From Octopus sinensis (Eukaryota), in assembly GCF_006345805.1 (NCBI RefSeq), contig NC_043001.1, positions 129,022,001-129,086,000 on the forward strand: DNA of 64,000 bases. Direction: 5' to 3'. This document shows, piece by piece, positions 63,545-64,000 of this stretch. Each line of letters begins with the position of its first letter. Position 1 is the first letter of the stretch. Below the pieces are notes generated by a model. The model searched no databases. It was not told the DNA's origin and saw only the letters and a program-made list of their open reading frames with translations. A program made the translations under genes and the position numbers.

Positions 63545-64000
63545 TAAATCCTACCAGGAATGAGACCAAACCTGAGTCAAACCAAAATTTTATTAATAAT
63601 AATAATCCTTTCTACTGTACATACAAGGCCTGAAATCTGAGGGAGGCATTTAGTGATTATATCAACCCCACTACTTGATTGATACTTATTTTATCAACCC
63701 TGAAAGGATGAAAAGCAAAGTCAAGATTGGTGAAATTTGAACTCAGAATGGAAAGACCAGAGGAAATGCTGCTAAGCATTTTGTCCAACATTTTAACAAT
63801 TCTGCCAGCTTTGCTGCCTAAATAGTAATAACAACAACAAAAACAACAATAATAATAATGCTAAGTTTTTAAAATTTTTACATCAAGCAAAAATTCATCA
63901 AATCAAAACAAAAAAATCAAATTTAACAAAATTTCATCTTTAAAGAAGCAGGTATTTCGCATCTCCCCAGAAAGTCTGGAATTAAAATCCATAGTTCTTT

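Overview
AT-rich, microsatellite-dense eukaryotic non-coding DNA, intergenic or deep intronic. The repeat families resemble those of a cephalopod such as Octopus (inference from recalled SINE sequences, not searched). No host protein-coding gene is supportable. Most listed ORFs are microsatellite read-throughs, and the real coding signals are transposon relics: CR1, RTE, R4/Dong-like RLE, Penelope-like GIY-YIG, mariner and Tc1. The window also holds three tRNA-derived SINE families, an (AAT)n-targeted ~555-bp element (5 copies), two non-autonomous Helitrons, a HINE/DINE-like element and a solo LTR with a 4-bp TSD. The most notable unexplained structure is a set of about 7 good to degenerate minimal type-I hammerhead-ribozyme motifs, plus a few weaker remnants, in unrelated short elements. 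Several lie at or near the turn of long fold-back palindromes inserted into (TA)n tracts. One follows a Penelope GIY-YIG ORF relic and one is joined to a tRNA-derived Pol III head. This is consistent with a diverse Penelope/retrozyme-type ribozyme mobilome. An old ~26-bp x ~20 degenerate array lies near 61 kb.
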